A DNA stretch of 64,000 bases from a virus, in the IMG/VR virus record IMGVR_UViG_3300031772_000014, positions 11,151 through 75,150 of that record, one strand, 5' to 3'. A model generated the notes under the pieces. It saw only the letters and a list, made by a program, of their open reading frames with translations. It made no database searches and was not told the DNA's origin. Made by a program: the position numbers and the translations under genes. Shown one piece after another: positions 27,424 through 37,476 of the stretch (position 1 is the stretch's first letter; each line of letters begins with the position of its first letter).

Positions 27424-27773
27424 TTCAATCCGGCGTACTGAAGGCGAACATGGTGGCGGTGGGGGAGCTCTCCGTGAGCTTCCTCGGCACCACCTTGAAG
27501 TTCACCGCAAAGGCCGCGTTCCTGAACAAGGACACCCGCGAGACCCATGGGTGGACCGAGAACACGAACTGGAGCCCGTCCACGATACAGAAGTTGCGTG
27601 AACTCAAGGAGGCCATGGAGACTGACCTCGCGAACATCCATTTCGTCACTGGTACAAGCTCAGAAGTGACCGGCAAGGTCGGTCTGACACTACGTGGCGA
27701 TGCACCACCTGAAGAGGATGGTGGGCTCGGAAGCTTCCTCGGTGTCGAAGGCCCTGATGCTGATCCTGCGTAG
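27420..27773 (+). CDS. Hypothetical protein
   Basis: GTGA coupling at 27420; acidic C-terminus. Confidence 0.65.
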   Translation: MIQSGVLKANMVAVGELSVSFLGTTLKFTAKAAFLNKDTRETHGWTENTNWSPSTIQKLRELKEAMETDLANIHFVTGTSSEVTGKVGLTLRGDAPPEEDGGLGSFLGVEGPDADPA

Positions 27774-27927
27774 TTGACTTCGACGGTCCAGACCTGCATC
27801 GTCGTCGGTCCATTGAGAAGGGGCTTACGCAGATCTTGCCGTCACGTACGACTACTCAGCGTACTCGGTGCCTGTGCTTCATGCATGGGTGCCGAGTACG
27901 TGCGCGTCAACATTGGCGCGCTCTTTT
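27774..27927 (+). ncRNA. Candidate structured small RNA or cis-element ending in a terminator
   Basis: 18-bp stem with 4 G-U pairs (27860-27900), then hairpin 27902-27921 plus TCTTTT; TTGACT at 27774. Confidence 0.35.
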
Positions 27928-27954
27928 AGGCACAGCTAACAGACCCACTTCCAC

Positions 27955-27984
27955 GGGATAAGCAATCCGTGTGAAGGACCACGC
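27955..27984 (+). promoter_or_regulatory. Conserved leader/promoter motif, copy 3
   Basis: GGGATAAG...CACGC (30 nt), then AGGAGG and ATG 28002. Confidence 0.55.
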
Positions 27985-28001
27985 CCTAGGAGGAAGCAAA
28001 G

Positions 28002-29423
28002 ATGTCGCATCCTGAAACACAGCTACTGAGCAAGATCATCCGAACCGGTAACCTGAGGATGGTCATCGAGTGGGGCATCACCGAGGCTGACTTCTGTACC
28101 GTTGAAGGTAAGGCGATGTTCCGCCACCTTCGAGGCTTCTACATGGAGCACAACGGGTCGGTCATCGGAGAGAACATGCTGCCGCACACGTTCGGTACAT
28201 TCGAGCTGTGTGATGACCCAGGAGTAAACCTACCCACGTACTGCACCATCGTGCGTACGAACCGACTCACGAGGAACTACGAAGACGCCTTGATAGAGGC
28301 GAACGACTTGGCGAAGAAGGATCCCATCGCGGCGATGACCTTCATGCAAGCCAAGACTCAAGAGCTCATGTCTCTGGGGATCACCACCAAGGACATGAAG
28401 CTGTCAGAGGGCGCGAGAGAAGCTGGGCGCCGGCACGACGACGCAGCGGCTGGGGGAGGGATGACGTCCCCCCTGGAGTGGCCATGGCCCCCCGTGAACG
28501 AAGTAACCCTCGGCATCCAGCAGGATGACTACATCGTCGTCTACGGGCGACCCAAGAGCATGAAGTCGTTCGTGGTCAGTAAGATGGCCGCGCACCTGTA
28601 CGAGTGCGGGATGAACCACGTGATGATCTACACGAAGGAGATGCCGGCCTGGCAGCTCTTCCGACGAACCGCTGGCTTCATCGCCCGGGTACCTTACGAC
28701 AACCTCCGCCTCGGCCGACTCACGGCACGGGACCGTGCGGCCCTTCAGGGCGTCATCGACGAAGTAGCTGAAGAGGAAACCCGCACGGACGGGAAGCACA
28801 CCATCACGGTCGTCAGCGGGCGGGATGCCCCTGGAGGTGTGGACAGCATCGGGTGGCTTCGCAGCAAGGTCGAGAAGTACAAGCCCGACGTCATCATGAT
28901 CGACGGCCTCTACCTCATGTCCTCCGACAAGAAGACCATGAAGGACGAGGAACGTGTCCGCACCATCTCCAGAGCCGCAAGGCAGATGGTGCTCGACTAC
29001 GAGACCCCGCTCATCGCCACCATGCAGGCCACCAGGGCAGCAGCGAAGAACAGCACGGCCGAGCTGGATGAGATTGCCTACTCGGATGCCATCGGACAGG
29101 ACGCCACGGCGCTCATCCGGTGCATCAACGAGAAGACCGGGCCCACCTTGGCACTGGTCTTCGGCGGTGCTCGAGAGTTCACCCTCCACGGCATCCGCAT
29201 CAACGGAGTCCCCTGCACGGACTTCACCTACAAGGAGATGATGACCGAGAAGGAGATCAACAAGGCTACCGAGACGGACGCGAAGGGCGAGGAAGGGGAG
29301 AAGAACCCAGACGCCCACGTGAAGAAGCCGCTGCGTATGGGGGCCCCAGCCAACCCATCGAAGGCGGCGAAGGAAGCCGACAAGGCCATCGACAAGAAGA
29401 TCGATGCAGCCCTAGGCGACTAG
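28002..29423 (+). CDS. dnaB: Replicative DnaB-like helicase
   Basis: YGRPKSMKS (Walker A variant), TKEM, IMIDGLYLM, TMQATR, AYSDAIGQDA. Confidence 0.85.
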   Translation: MSHPETQLLSKIIRTGNLRMVIEWGITEADFCTVEGKAMFRHLRGFYMEHNGSVIGENMLPHTFGTFELCDDPGVNLPTYCTIVRTNRLTRNYEDALIEANDLAKKDPIAAMTFMQAKTQELMSLGITTKDMKLSEGAREAGRRHDDAAAGGGMTSPLEWPWPPVNEVTLGIQQDDYIVVYGRPKSMKSFVVSKMAAHLYECGMNHVMIYTKEMPAWQLFRRTAGFIARVPYDNLRLGRLTARDRAALQGVIDEVAEEETRTDGKHTITVVSGRDAPGGVDSIGWLRSKVEKYKPDVIMIDGLYLMSSDKKTMKDEERVRTISRAARQMVLDYETPLIATMQATRAAAKNSTAELDEIAYSDAIGQDATALIRCINEKTGPTLALVFGGAREFTLHGIRINGVPCTDFTYKEMMTEKEINKATETDAKGEEGEKNPDAHVKKPLRMGAPANPSKAAKEADKAIDKKIDAALGD

Positions 29424-29424
29424 G

Positions 29425-30396
29425 ATGGGCATCGACTCGAGCGTGCTCGAGGTCGCCAACACATACCTGGCGGGAATCAAACGCAGCGGGCCTGAGAACA
29501 TCATGGCCATCTGTCCCTGGCACACCCGTCAGGATGGGTCACCCGAGAGAAACCCGTCGTTCGCGCTGTCGCTGACGACGGGCTTGTGGATCTGCCACAC
29601 GTGCAAGGAGCGTGGAACCTTCCGGTCCCTGCTCAAGGCATTCGACCTTCCTGCCAACATCATCCAGGCAAGGTACGAGGTTCTCTTCGAGGAGCTTGCC
29701 CAGAACCTCGACAGGAAGCCCAGGCCCGAAAGGGTCATCATCGAAGACACCCCGCCCCTGGATGAATCCTGCCTGGGGCTCTTCGACTACATCTCCGAGC
29801 AGATGCTCGACTGGGGGTTCACGGAGGAGACCATCCAAGCCTTCAACGTGGGCTTCGACAAGAAGAACCTCCGCATCACCTTTCCACTCCGGGACTTCTC
29901 CGGGAGGTTGAGAGGTATCAGCGGACGCACGGTAGTAGACGCGGTTCCGAGGTATAAGATCTACGACGACAAAGACCTAGGCCCATGGGGTGTCCAAGCC
30001 CCAAAGGTCGAAAGGTCTGGGCTTCTCTGGAACGCGGAGCGGGTCTACCCCGCCACGTACTTCAGGCCCGGGGTGGACGTGGTCGTCGTGGAGGGGTTCA
30101 AGGCGTGCATGTGGGTCTACCAAGCCGGTGTCCAGAACGTAGTGTCTCTGGTCGGATCTTATCTGTCAGACCAGCAGTGCATGATCCTTGAACGCATGGG
30201 CGGCCCGTTCTACTTCTTCTTGGACAACGACCTCGCTGGTCAGAAAGGAACCGCGTATGGGATGAAACGCCTCGCGAAGAGTTGCGAGGTCAAGGTAGCG
30301 CTGTACGAAGAGAAGCAACCAACCGATCTAAGTGAAGAAGGCGTCCTATTGGCCCTTGATGGGGCTCAGGACTTTTTTACGTGGGCTAGGAGATAA
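29425..30396 (+). CDS. dnaG: DnaG-like primase (Zn finger plus TOPRIM)
   Basis: CPWH...PSF...CHTC, RITFP..GISGR, VVVEG, LDNDLAG. Confidence 0.88.
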   Translation: MGIDSSVLEVANTYLAGIKRSGPENIMAICPWHTRQDGSPERNPSFALSLTTGLWICHTCKERGTFRSLLKAFDLPANIIQARYEVLFEELAQNLDRKPRPERVIIEDTPPLDESCLGLFDYISEQMLDWGFTEETIQAFNVGFDKKNLRITFPLRDFSGRLRGISGRTVVDAVPRYKIYDDKDLGPWGVQAPKVERSGLLWNAERVYPATYFRPGVDVVVVEGFKACMWVYQAGVQNVVSLVGSYLSDQQCMILERMGGPFYFFLDNDLAGQKGTAYGMKRLAKSCEVKVALYEEKQPTDLSEEGVLLALDGAQDFFTWARR

Positions 30397-30398
30397 CC

Positions 30399-31535
30399 AT
30401 GAGTGGCTTTGGCAAGAAGACGGAAGACGCAGAGGGCGTTGGGCGGTTCGGCGGCACGTTGCGCCAGCGGGCAGCACAGACCCGCGCGAACATCGAGTCT
30501 ACGCACAAGAAGAAGGGCGGAGGTTCCCGGCGGTTCGGGGACCAGTTCAAACCCGTGACCGTGGGCTCGGATAAGATCCGGGTTGTTGCCGGTGACTACA
30601 AGTACATCGGCGCGGACTCGAACGGGAACATCTACGAGGAGCCGTTGCAGTACTGGCCCTACGTGGAGCACTACCACGGGGTCAAGAAGCGGAGCATCAT
30701 CTGCTCGGGCGGCCCGAAGCACTTCGTGAAGGGGCAGCGCGACCCCTGCTACGGCTGCGACAAGTTCTACGCGGGCGGCGGCAAGGACTCTGACGGGAAG
30801 TACAAGAAGGGACCCATCTCGAAGCGCGAGATGTTCGCCTTCACGGTGTGGCACTACCACAAGTACCACAAGATCGAGCAGATGGACGACGCAGGGGTCG
30901 TGCAGAAGAACGACAAGAACGAGCCCTATTACAACTGGGTTCGGTGCGACAACCGCGGCTGCAAGATGTGCAAGGAGCAGAAGGAGTTCGTCGAAGGGCG
31001 CCTGCTGTACTGGCCCATGGGCGTCACGCACTTCAAGACCCTCACGGACGACCTCGACCAGCTCATTGGCCGCTCCTGCAAGACGTGCGGCACGAAGGAC
31101 TCCATCGAGTCCGTGGCTTGGCTCTGTGACTCGTGCGGGGAGGCCATCGTGGACTTCGCGACCACTGAGCTCATGGATGAGCAGATCCTCGAGCTGACCG
31201 CGAAGAAGAACCGCTGTTCTACCTGCGGGCACACGGGCTTCCTCAAGGAGCTGGTGCAGTGCAACACGTGCGAGGAGCCCGAGCGGGCCACCATCTTCGA
31301 CGTGGACATCGACGTGAAGCGGTCTGAGGGCGCGAGCGAAGAGTCCAGCGCGACGACGCTCATGGCAACGGGCTGGAGTGCGCCGTGCGGTTTGGCCGAG
31401 AACCTCAAGGACAAAATCAAGCCTCTCGACCTACCCGGCATCCACACGCCGACTCCGTTCGAGTCGCAACCCAGAGCGCTCGGTGAAGAGGGCGCGAGTG
31501 CAGGGAACCCCGGCTTCCGGGACTTCAAGAAGTAA
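30399..31535 (+). CDS. Cys-rich replication protein, possibly gp32-like ssDNA-binding
   Basis: Lies between primase and polymerase; EHYH..IICS..PCYGC and several CxxC pairs. SSB role is inference. Confidence 0.45.
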   Translation: MSGFGKKTEDAEGVGRFGGTLRQRAAQTRANIESTHKKKGGGSRRFGDQFKPVTVGSDKIRVVAGDYKYIGADSNGNIYEEPLQYWPYVEHYHGVKKRSIICSGGPKHFVKGQRDPCYGCDKFYAGGGKDSDGKYKKGPISKREMFAFTVWHYHKYHKIEQMDDAGVVQKNDKNEPYYNWVRCDNRGCKMCKEQKEFVEGRLLYWPMGVTHFKTLTDDLDQLIGRSCKTCGTKDSIESVAWLCDSCGEAIVDFATTELMDEQILELTAKKNRCSTCGHTGFLKELVQCNTCEEPERATIFDVDIDVKRSEGASEESSATTLMATGWSAPCGLAENLKDKIKPLDLPGIHTPTPFESQPRALGEEGASAGNPGFRDFKK

Positions 31536-31549
31536 GAGATGTACCACCG

Positions 31550-31577
31550 GGGGCCTCGGGAAACCGGGGCCCCTTCT
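31550..31577 (+). terminator. Terminator-like hairpin
   Basis: GGGGCCTCGG-gaaa-CCGGGGCCCC then TTCT. Confidence 0.6.
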
Positions 31578-31591
31578 GGCGGGGAGCAACA

Positions 31592-33550
31592 ATGAGTTGG
31601 AACATCGAAATGCCGGATGCCGTCTGGCTTTCCGGAGATTCACCTGCGCACGAGATTCAAGAGTTCGTCAATGAGGTGGCTGATTGCAAAGAAGTCGCCA
31701 TCGACACAGAGACCACGGGGCTGAACATCTCGAAGGACACCGTCCTGTACTGGTCGGTGGCCTGGTACCGGCCGAATGGTTCAACCGTCAGAGCGTGTCT
31801 GCGGGCAGACCTCCTCTACCGGTTCGAGGACATCTTCCACGAGAAGGACCGCAACTGGATCTTCTGTAACGCGAAGTTCGACGCCCACATGTGCAAGAAC
31901 ACGGGCATCGACATCGACGGGGAGTATCACGACATCTCGGTCATGCACTCCCTCCTGTACGAGGAGATGCCGCACGGCCTGAAGGAGATGACCGCGCAGC
32001 TACAGGGCTGGAAGTGGCGGGGCTTCACGGACACCTTCGGGAAGGTTGACCGCAAGGATCCGAAGTGGATTCAGAACGCCCTCATCACGGCCGAGAAGGA
32101 GAACCTCGCCCTCCTTACCGAGTACGCATCGAACGATGCCTTTGGGACGCTCGAGAACTATCGAACCCTCAAGGCTCAACTCCAGGAGGCCGGTACCTGG
32201 TCGCTCTACCCGGAGCTCTACGGAAACCTCTGGGACCTCTTCAAGAAGGTGGAGGTACCCTTCACGAAGGTGCTCTGGAAGTGCGAGCGGGCAGGGATGC
32301 GCGTGGACCTTGGCTACCTGTCTGCCATCGAGGGCCCGGTGAAGATGGAGATCGAGAAGCTCGAGCGCGAACTCGTTCGTATGCGAGGTAAGCCCGTCAA
32401 CCCCAACTCCACCATGCAGCTACGGCAGTGGTTCTTCGAGGAGCTTGGGATCAAGCCAACCAAGTTCACGAAGGGTGGCGCCAAGGGGGTGAAGGAGCCC
32501 TCGCTGGACTTCGACGCCCTCACGGCACTCGCGGACGACGGGGTCACGGCCGCCATCGCGCTGCTTCGCTACCGCGACCTCACGAAGCTGTACGGCACCT
32601 ACGTGATCGGGCTCCAGGACAAGGTCGACCAGTACAGCCGGGTTCACACCCGCTTCAACCAGGACGTGGCACGTACGGGCCGGCTCTCATCATCGGACCC
32701 GAACCTCCAGAACATCCCGTCGCCCGACAACGACAAGTTCAAGATCCGCAAGGCGTTCACGTGCGAGCCAGGGAACTGTCTCATCGTGGCCGACTACGAA
32801 CAGCTCGAGATGCGCTTGCTCGCCGCCGCGGCGATGGAGCAGGACATGATCGACATCTTCCTCAAGGGCTGGGACATCCACATGGGCAACGCATCGCTCG
32901 TGTTCGGTCTCCCCTACGAGGACATCGCGAACGCGAAGAAGACCGACAAGAAGGTCAAGGAAGGGTTGCTGCCTGAATCCGAGATGACCGAGTACGTACA
33001 CAAGTGCCTGTACGCCAGGCAGGCCGCCAAGACCATTGGGTTCGGGCTGAACTACGGGATGGGTGCCAAGCGCCTCGCAGCGACCCTCGGGCGCACCGTC
33101 GAGGAAGCAGAGGCACTCATTGACCAGTACATGTCCCGCTACCCCACCGTGAAGCAGTTCTTCAAGGACTCCACCAACACGGCACTGGAGTACGGGTACG
33201 CCTTCACGATTCTCGGACGACGACGGTTCCTCCCAGGGATCAAGTCGAACAGGATGGTGGACCGAAGCCGCGCCGAGCGGCAGGCGTCCAACCTACCCAT
33301 TCAGGGCACCGCGGCAGACGTGGCCAAGATGGCCATGATTCGCTGCGACGAAGCAAACCTCCACGACAGGTTCGGATGGCACATGATCTCCCAGGTTCAT
33401 GACGAACTCATCTTCGAGGGACCTGAAGAGACCGTGGACGACGTAATCCCCATCGTCCGGGAGTGCATGATGCATCCCCTCCCTACCGACCTAGCGGTGC
33501 CGCTCACCATCAGCATCGGCAAGGGTCACACATGGGTCGATGCGAAGTAA
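31592..33550 (+). CDS. polA: Family A DNA polymerase with 3'-5' exonuclease
   Basis: IDTETTG, NAKFD, TGRLSSSDPNLQNIP, ADYEQLEMR, RQAAKTIGFGLNYG, IQGTAAD, QVHDEL. Confidence 0.95.
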   Translation: MSWNIEMPDAVWLSGDSPAHEIQEFVNEVADCKEVAIDTETTGLNISKDTVLYWSVAWYRPNGSTVRACLRADLLYRFEDIFHEKDRNWIFCNAKFDAHMCKNTGIDIDGEYHDISVMHSLLYEEMPHGLKEMTAQLQGWKWRGFTDTFGKVDRKDPKWIQNALITAEKENLALLTEYASNDAFGTLENYRTLKAQLQEAGTWSLYPELYGNLWDLFKKVEVPFTKVLWKCERAGMRVDLGYLSAIEGPVKMEIEKLERELVRMRGKPVNPNSTMQLRQWFFEELGIKPTKFTKGGAKGVKEPSLDFDALTALADDGVTAAIALLRYRDLTKLYGTYVIGLQDKVDQYSRVHTRFNQDVARTGRLSSSDPNLQNIPSPDNDKFKIRKAFTCEPGNCLIVADYEQLEMRLLAAAAMEQDMIDIFLKGWDIHMGNASLVFGLPYEDIANAKKTDKKVKEGLLPESEMTEYVHKCLYARQAAKTIGFGLNYGMGAKRLAATLGRTVEEAEALIDQYMSRYPTVKQFFKDSTNTALEYGYAFTILGRRRFLPGIKSNRMVDRSRAERQASNLPIQGTAADVAKMAMIRCDEANLHDRFGWHMISQVHDELIFEGPEETVDDVIPIVRECMMHPLPTDLAVPLTISIGKGHTWVDAK

Positions 33551-34001
33551 GCGTCGAACCTCGAAGAAGATGATCGATACGCGTGTGGCTGCCACGCTGG
33601 GAAGGACGCAGCCACACGTGGCACTCATCACGTCCATCTTTCTTCGTAAGGTCGTCGAGGAGCTCATAGCCGGCAACGAGGTGTACCTGGATGAAGTAGG
33701 GATCCTCCGGCTGGAAATGACCAAGGAAGACATCACGAGCAGGCTCAACGCGAAGGTTCACTTCACCAAGAGAGCCTACTTCGTGCGTCGCCTACGAGAG
33801 ACCCACGTGCGACAATCAGAAGAGAAAGGTCAGGTATTTCCCATGGACAAGTTCGGAGTCGATGAGTCGGTAGATCAGAGCGCCCTCGAGAAGGCGGCGT
33901 CGCAAGGCTGCCCGGAGTGCGGGTCGAAGGTCGAGCAGCACGGCAAGGTACTCGCGTGCCCAAAGTGCGGCACGGAGCCCTTCGAGGGCAAGAAGAAGTA
34001 G
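33540..34001 (+). CDS. HU/IHF-like domain joined to a C-terminal zinc ribbon
   Basis: EELIAGNEVYLDEVGILRL (HU-like), then CPECG...CPKCG. Confidence 0.55.
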   Translation: MRSKRRTSKKMIDTRVAATLGRTQPHVALITSIFLRKVVEELIAGNEVYLDEVGILRLEMTKEDITSRLNAKVHFTKRAYFVRRLRETHVRQSEEKGQVFPMDKFGVDESVDQSALEKAASQGCPECGSKVEQHGKVLACPKCGTEPFEGKKK

Positions 34002-34073
34002 TTACACGGGACAAGGTAGACGGTGAACGGCTTCTCGCTCTGCGAGGAGCCGTTCCTATTTCCAAGGAGATAC

Positions 34074-35342
34074 ATGGCCACCAAGAAGACCGAAGCAGCA
34101 GAAGACGTGAGCGACGCCACCATGAAGGGACTCTCCCTGCGGGAAGCCAGGAAGGTAGACCCCGACAAGCTCAAGGCCCTCCAGGCTCTCATCAAGCGAG
34201 AGAACGCCAGGGCCAAGCACACCGTGCTGGAGTTCGCGGACAAGGTCCCGAACCCGTACATGAACCGCAAGCCCTTCGGGGTCATGCAGCTCGACATCGA
34301 CCTCGCGGGCGGGCTCCCGTGCGGGGGGCTCTCCATCGTGGCGGGGCCTGACGGGGCGGGCAAGACGGCCCTTCTGTACAAGCTGATGGCCATGCAGCAG
34401 CGCATCTACGGGGAGGCGGCGATGCTCGCCTTGGCGCCCGTCGAGCAGCCCGTGGACCACTTCTTCATGCGGGGCTGCGGGATGCAGATAGCGGTCCCGG
34501 ACGAAGTCATCGACCAGAAGCAGGAAGCCCGGGAACGTGTCGGGCTCCCGCTCTACACCAAGGACGAGATCCGCGACCTGAAGAAGAAGGTCGGGAGCAT
34601 CGTGCTCATCCAGGAGGACACGGCCGAGAGCTACCTCAACGCCGTGCTGGACCTCTTCGCCATGAAGGCGTTCCACGTCATCGGGGTCGATTCCTTCTCG
34701 GCCTTCCAGACAGAAGCCGAGGCTGACGCCAAGGACGGGCTCGAGCAGAACATCCGACAGGCTGCCGCGGCTGGGATCCTGACCAGGTTCTCGCAGCGGT
34801 TCCACCCGCTCACCCACGGGGACAACTACACGTGCCTGGTCGGTACCTGCCAGGTCAGGGCCAACCGGGAAAGAGCGAACGCACCAGGGCACCTCCAGAA
34901 GTACATCCGGCCCTACATCCCCGTGATCCCTTGGGCTCTTCGGCACGCCATGCTCATCGCCCTCCTGGTGTGGCCAGGGGAGAAGATGAAGGACAAGGAC
35001 GAGGAAGGTGAGCGCGTCCAGACCGGCAAGGTCCTCAACTGGGAGACCTTCAAGGGGAAGGTCGGCGTCCACGAAGGTATCCGTGGAGAGGCCGACTTCA
35101 AGTTCGGGGAGTACATCAACAACGAGGACAGCATCGTGGAGGCGGGCATCCGCCACGGCGTCATCCGTGAACGGGACGGCATCATCGACATCGTCTCGCA
35201 CTTCGACAAGACGAAGCTCATCTACACGAAGATCCCCGGCGTGCTCGTCCTCAAGAAGTACCTCGTGTCCGACCCGGAGTTCGAGATGAGGATCCGCCAG
35301 GAGATCCTGGCAGCAGCAGGGGTCTCGTGCGTCTACTGGTGA
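34074..35342 (+). CDS. recA: RecA/UvsX-like recombinase
   Basis: AAGGAG SD; LDIDLAGGLP, GPDGAGKT, IGVDS, CQVRAN, KGKVG. Confidence 0.85.
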   Translation: MATKKTEAAEDVSDATMKGLSLREARKVDPDKLKALQALIKRENARAKHTVLEFADKVPNPYMNRKPFGVMQLDIDLAGGLPCGGLSIVAGPDGAGKTALLYKLMAMQQRIYGEAAMLALAPVEQPVDHFFMRGCGMQIAVPDEVIDQKQEARERVGLPLYTKDEIRDLKKKVGSIVLIQEDTAESYLNAVLDLFAMKAFHVIGVDSFSAFQTEAEADAKDGLEQNIRQAAAAGILTRFSQRFHPLTHGDNYTCLVGTCQVRANRERANAPGHLQKYIRPYIPVIPWALRHAMLIALLVWPGEKMKDKDEEGERVQTGKVLNWETFKGKVGVHEGIRGEADFKFGEYINNEDSIVEAGIRHGVIRERDGIIDIVSHFDKTKLIYTKIPGVLVLKKYLVSDPEFEMRIRQEILAAAGVSCVYW

Positions 35343-35836
35343 AGGTCATCCGAGAAGTGGTACGTGGTGAAGGGGAGTTCCTCAACGTCTTCATCGGAAA
35401 CGAGTCGGCTCGGGTAGGTCCGCTTCAAGATGGGGAACCCGTCGACATCGTGCTCGAGATGACGGAAACACCCAAAGGTGGACCGCCCACCAAGAGGATG
35501 AGGAAGCACGTCCGCGAAAGCGAGCGTCAAATCGGCAAGGACATCGGGGGCCGGGCTCAGCCGGCTTCCGGTGCCCTACCGGGCATGAAGGGTGACGCGA
35601 GAGCTCGAGGTCGAGTCAGGGTCGAGTCAAAGACCACGAAGACGTTGTCGTACTCGGTTGACCGCCGAGAGCTGAACAAGATCCGCAGCGAATGCACCGG
35701 GCTAGAGAAGCCAGTGTTCGTGGTGGAGTTCGTGAACCCCACGACACTTCGTGAGGAAGACAAATGGGTATTGGTACCCTACGAGGACTGGCATGAAACT
35801 TACGTCAATCAAGGACCTGGAAAGCGGAGCGGCTGA
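35327..35836 (+). CDS. PD-(D/E)xK nuclease, Holliday-junction-resolvase-like
   Basis: SERQI...QPASGA...KGD...VESKTT. Confidence 0.65.
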   Translation: MRLLVKVIREVVRGEGEFLNVFIGNESARVGPLQDGEPVDIVLEMTETPKGGPPTKRMRKHVRESERQIGKDIGGRAQPASGALPGMKGDARARGRVRVESKTTKTLSYSVDRRELNKIRSECTGLEKPVFVVEFVNPTTLREEDKWVLVPYEDWHETYVNQGPGKRSG

Positions 35837-36617
35837 CCAGATCATTCTGGACAAGAGCGTGAACCTCGGGGCGCTCTACGATGAGCTCCTCGATTCGTAT
35901 GAAGAGGGGGAAGACGACCACAGGGCGCCCGGCGTTCATGCCTCCGAGGTTGCGTCGTGCAAGAGGCACGTCGTCTACACCCTCTACGCGACGGAGAAGA
36001 AGAAGACCACGAAGCGCGACATGCAGAAGCGCTTCAACGTAGGTAATGCCATCCACGGGATGCTCCAGTCTGACTTCGCCAAGATGGCCAAGCGGTCAGG
36101 AGGCACCATCATATTCAAAGATGAAGTGAAGATGACCGGTTCGCCCTTGGCGGAGAAGTACGACATCCACTCGTCCTGCGACGGGGTGTTCGAGTTCCTC
36201 AACCCCTCGGGTGAGGTCTACCTCCGTATCGGCCTCGAGATCAAAAGCAAGGCGCCGGATGACTACGCCAAGCTGAAGGAGCCAGAGAAGAAGCACATCG
36301 AGCAGGCACACCTCTACCAGGCGTGCCTGGATCTTCCACTCGTCTGGTACGTGTACTGGAACAAGGGGAACCAGAACTACACCCCGATGACCTTCCCGTG
36401 GCTCAGGAAGTTCGACCACAACGTGTGGAACCGACTCGAGAAGCGCATCATCGAATCCCTGGAGGCCGCACACGCAGACGTACTCCCCGAAAGGGAGGAA
36501 GCGTTCCACTGCACGTGGTGCCCGTACGCATGGACCTGCGAGCCCTCGACCATAAAGAAGCAGAACAACGGTGGTCAGAGGATCACGCCCCGCTCACTGA
36601 CGAATCGAAGGAGATAG
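35793..36617 (+). CDS. Cas4-like PD-(D/E)xK exonuclease
   Basis: HASEVASCKR, GNAIH, CDG, LEIKS, QAHLY, CTWCPYAWTC. Confidence 0.8.
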   Translation: MKLTSIKDLESGAADQIILDKSVNLGALYDELLDSYEEGEDDHRAPGVHASEVASCKRHVVYTLYATEKKKTTKRDMQKRFNVGNAIHGMLQSDFAKMAKRSGGTIIFKDEVKMTGSPLAEKYDIHSSCDGVFEFLNPSGEVYLRIGLEIKSKAPDDYAKLKEPEKKHIEQAHLYQACLDLPLVWYVYWNKGNQNYTPMTFPWLRKFDHNVWNRLEKRIIESLEAAHADVLPEREEAFHCTWCPYAWTCEPSTIKKQNNGGQRITPRSLTNRRR

Positions 36618-36618
36618 C

Positions 36619-37476
36619 ATGGACGACTTCAACAACACCCGCGTGGTCATCACGAACGACATCGACCCGAACCTGGCAGGCGCCTTCGTGTGGTGGCGCC
36701 TGTCCGGGGACATGAACATCATGAGCCTCGAGGCCACCTGGGCAGAGAACCATCTCAAGGAGCCCATGCCCTCGAAGCCCTCCTTCCAGGTGGCGCTGCG
36801 CCGGGCCGTGAACGAGCAGGCGAACCGGCGCCGACTCATCAGGCCGCTTCCCAAGGACCAGTCCGGGTACGCCATCGTGGACGAGTCCCCCGACCACGAG
36901 AAAACGCTGAACTACGACATCGCCTGCAAGGTGTACTTCGAGCGCAGCGGCAAGGTCGCCATCTCGGGCGGCTCGGACGTGATGCGGTCGGAGATCCTGG
37001 CCGCGTACGAACGCCACCTCTCCACCGTGTCCGCTTCGGACGTACGGGAGTGGCTCACGGGGGTCATCATCCCCACGGTCCTCGCGCTCAAGCTCCGTGA
37101 CGGCGGAGGGGTCTACTTCATCCCCCAGCCCACGTTGGCGAAGTTCAGGGCCATCGTGCGGTGCGTGAAGTGGTCCTCCGACCACGCCATCTTCGCGGTC
37201 CCGGCCATGAAGACCGAGGACGCGGTGGAGGGCATCATCGACGCCCTTCGGCACGAGTCCGAGACAACCCTCCAGAAGCTCAAGGAGGACCTGGACAAGG
37301 GCGAGCTCGGGGTCAGGGCCCTGAAGAGCCGGCTGGATGCCTGCGCCCAGCAGGAGAAGAAGCTCACGCAGTACGAACTCATGTTGGGTCGTAAGCAGAT
37401 GGGGATCAGCAACGACCTCCACATGATGCGGTCCAGCCTCATGGAAGCCATGCTCACCCAAGGAGAAGAAGGGTGA
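36619..37476 (+). CDS. Hypothetical protein with C-terminal coiled coil
   Basis: AAGGAG SD; 285 aa; LRDGGGVYFIP motif. Confidence 0.7.
   Translation: MDDFNNTRVVITNDIDPNLAGAFVWWRLSGDMNIMSLEATWAENHLKEPMPSKPSFQVALRRAVNEQANRRRLIRPLPKDQSGYAIVDESPDHEKTLNYDIACKVYFERSGKVAISGGSDVMRSEILAAYERHLSTVSASDVREWLTGVIIPTVLALKLRDGGGVYFIPQPTLAKFRAIVRCVKWSSDHAIFAVPAMKTEDAVEGIIDALRHESETTLQKLKEDLDKGELGVRALKSRLDACAQQEKKLTQYELMLGRKQMGISNDLHMMRSSLMEAMLTQGEEG

Noticed and set aside
31592-35342. Inteins or introns in Pol A, RecA, DnaB or RNAP
   Set aside because: Motif spacing is compact, and no intein termini or homing-endonuclease motifs were seen.
35793-36617. CRISPR-Cas system suggested by the Cas4-like nuclease
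   Set aside because: No repeat-spacer array or other cas genes seen; solo Cas4-like nucleases are common in phage replication modules.
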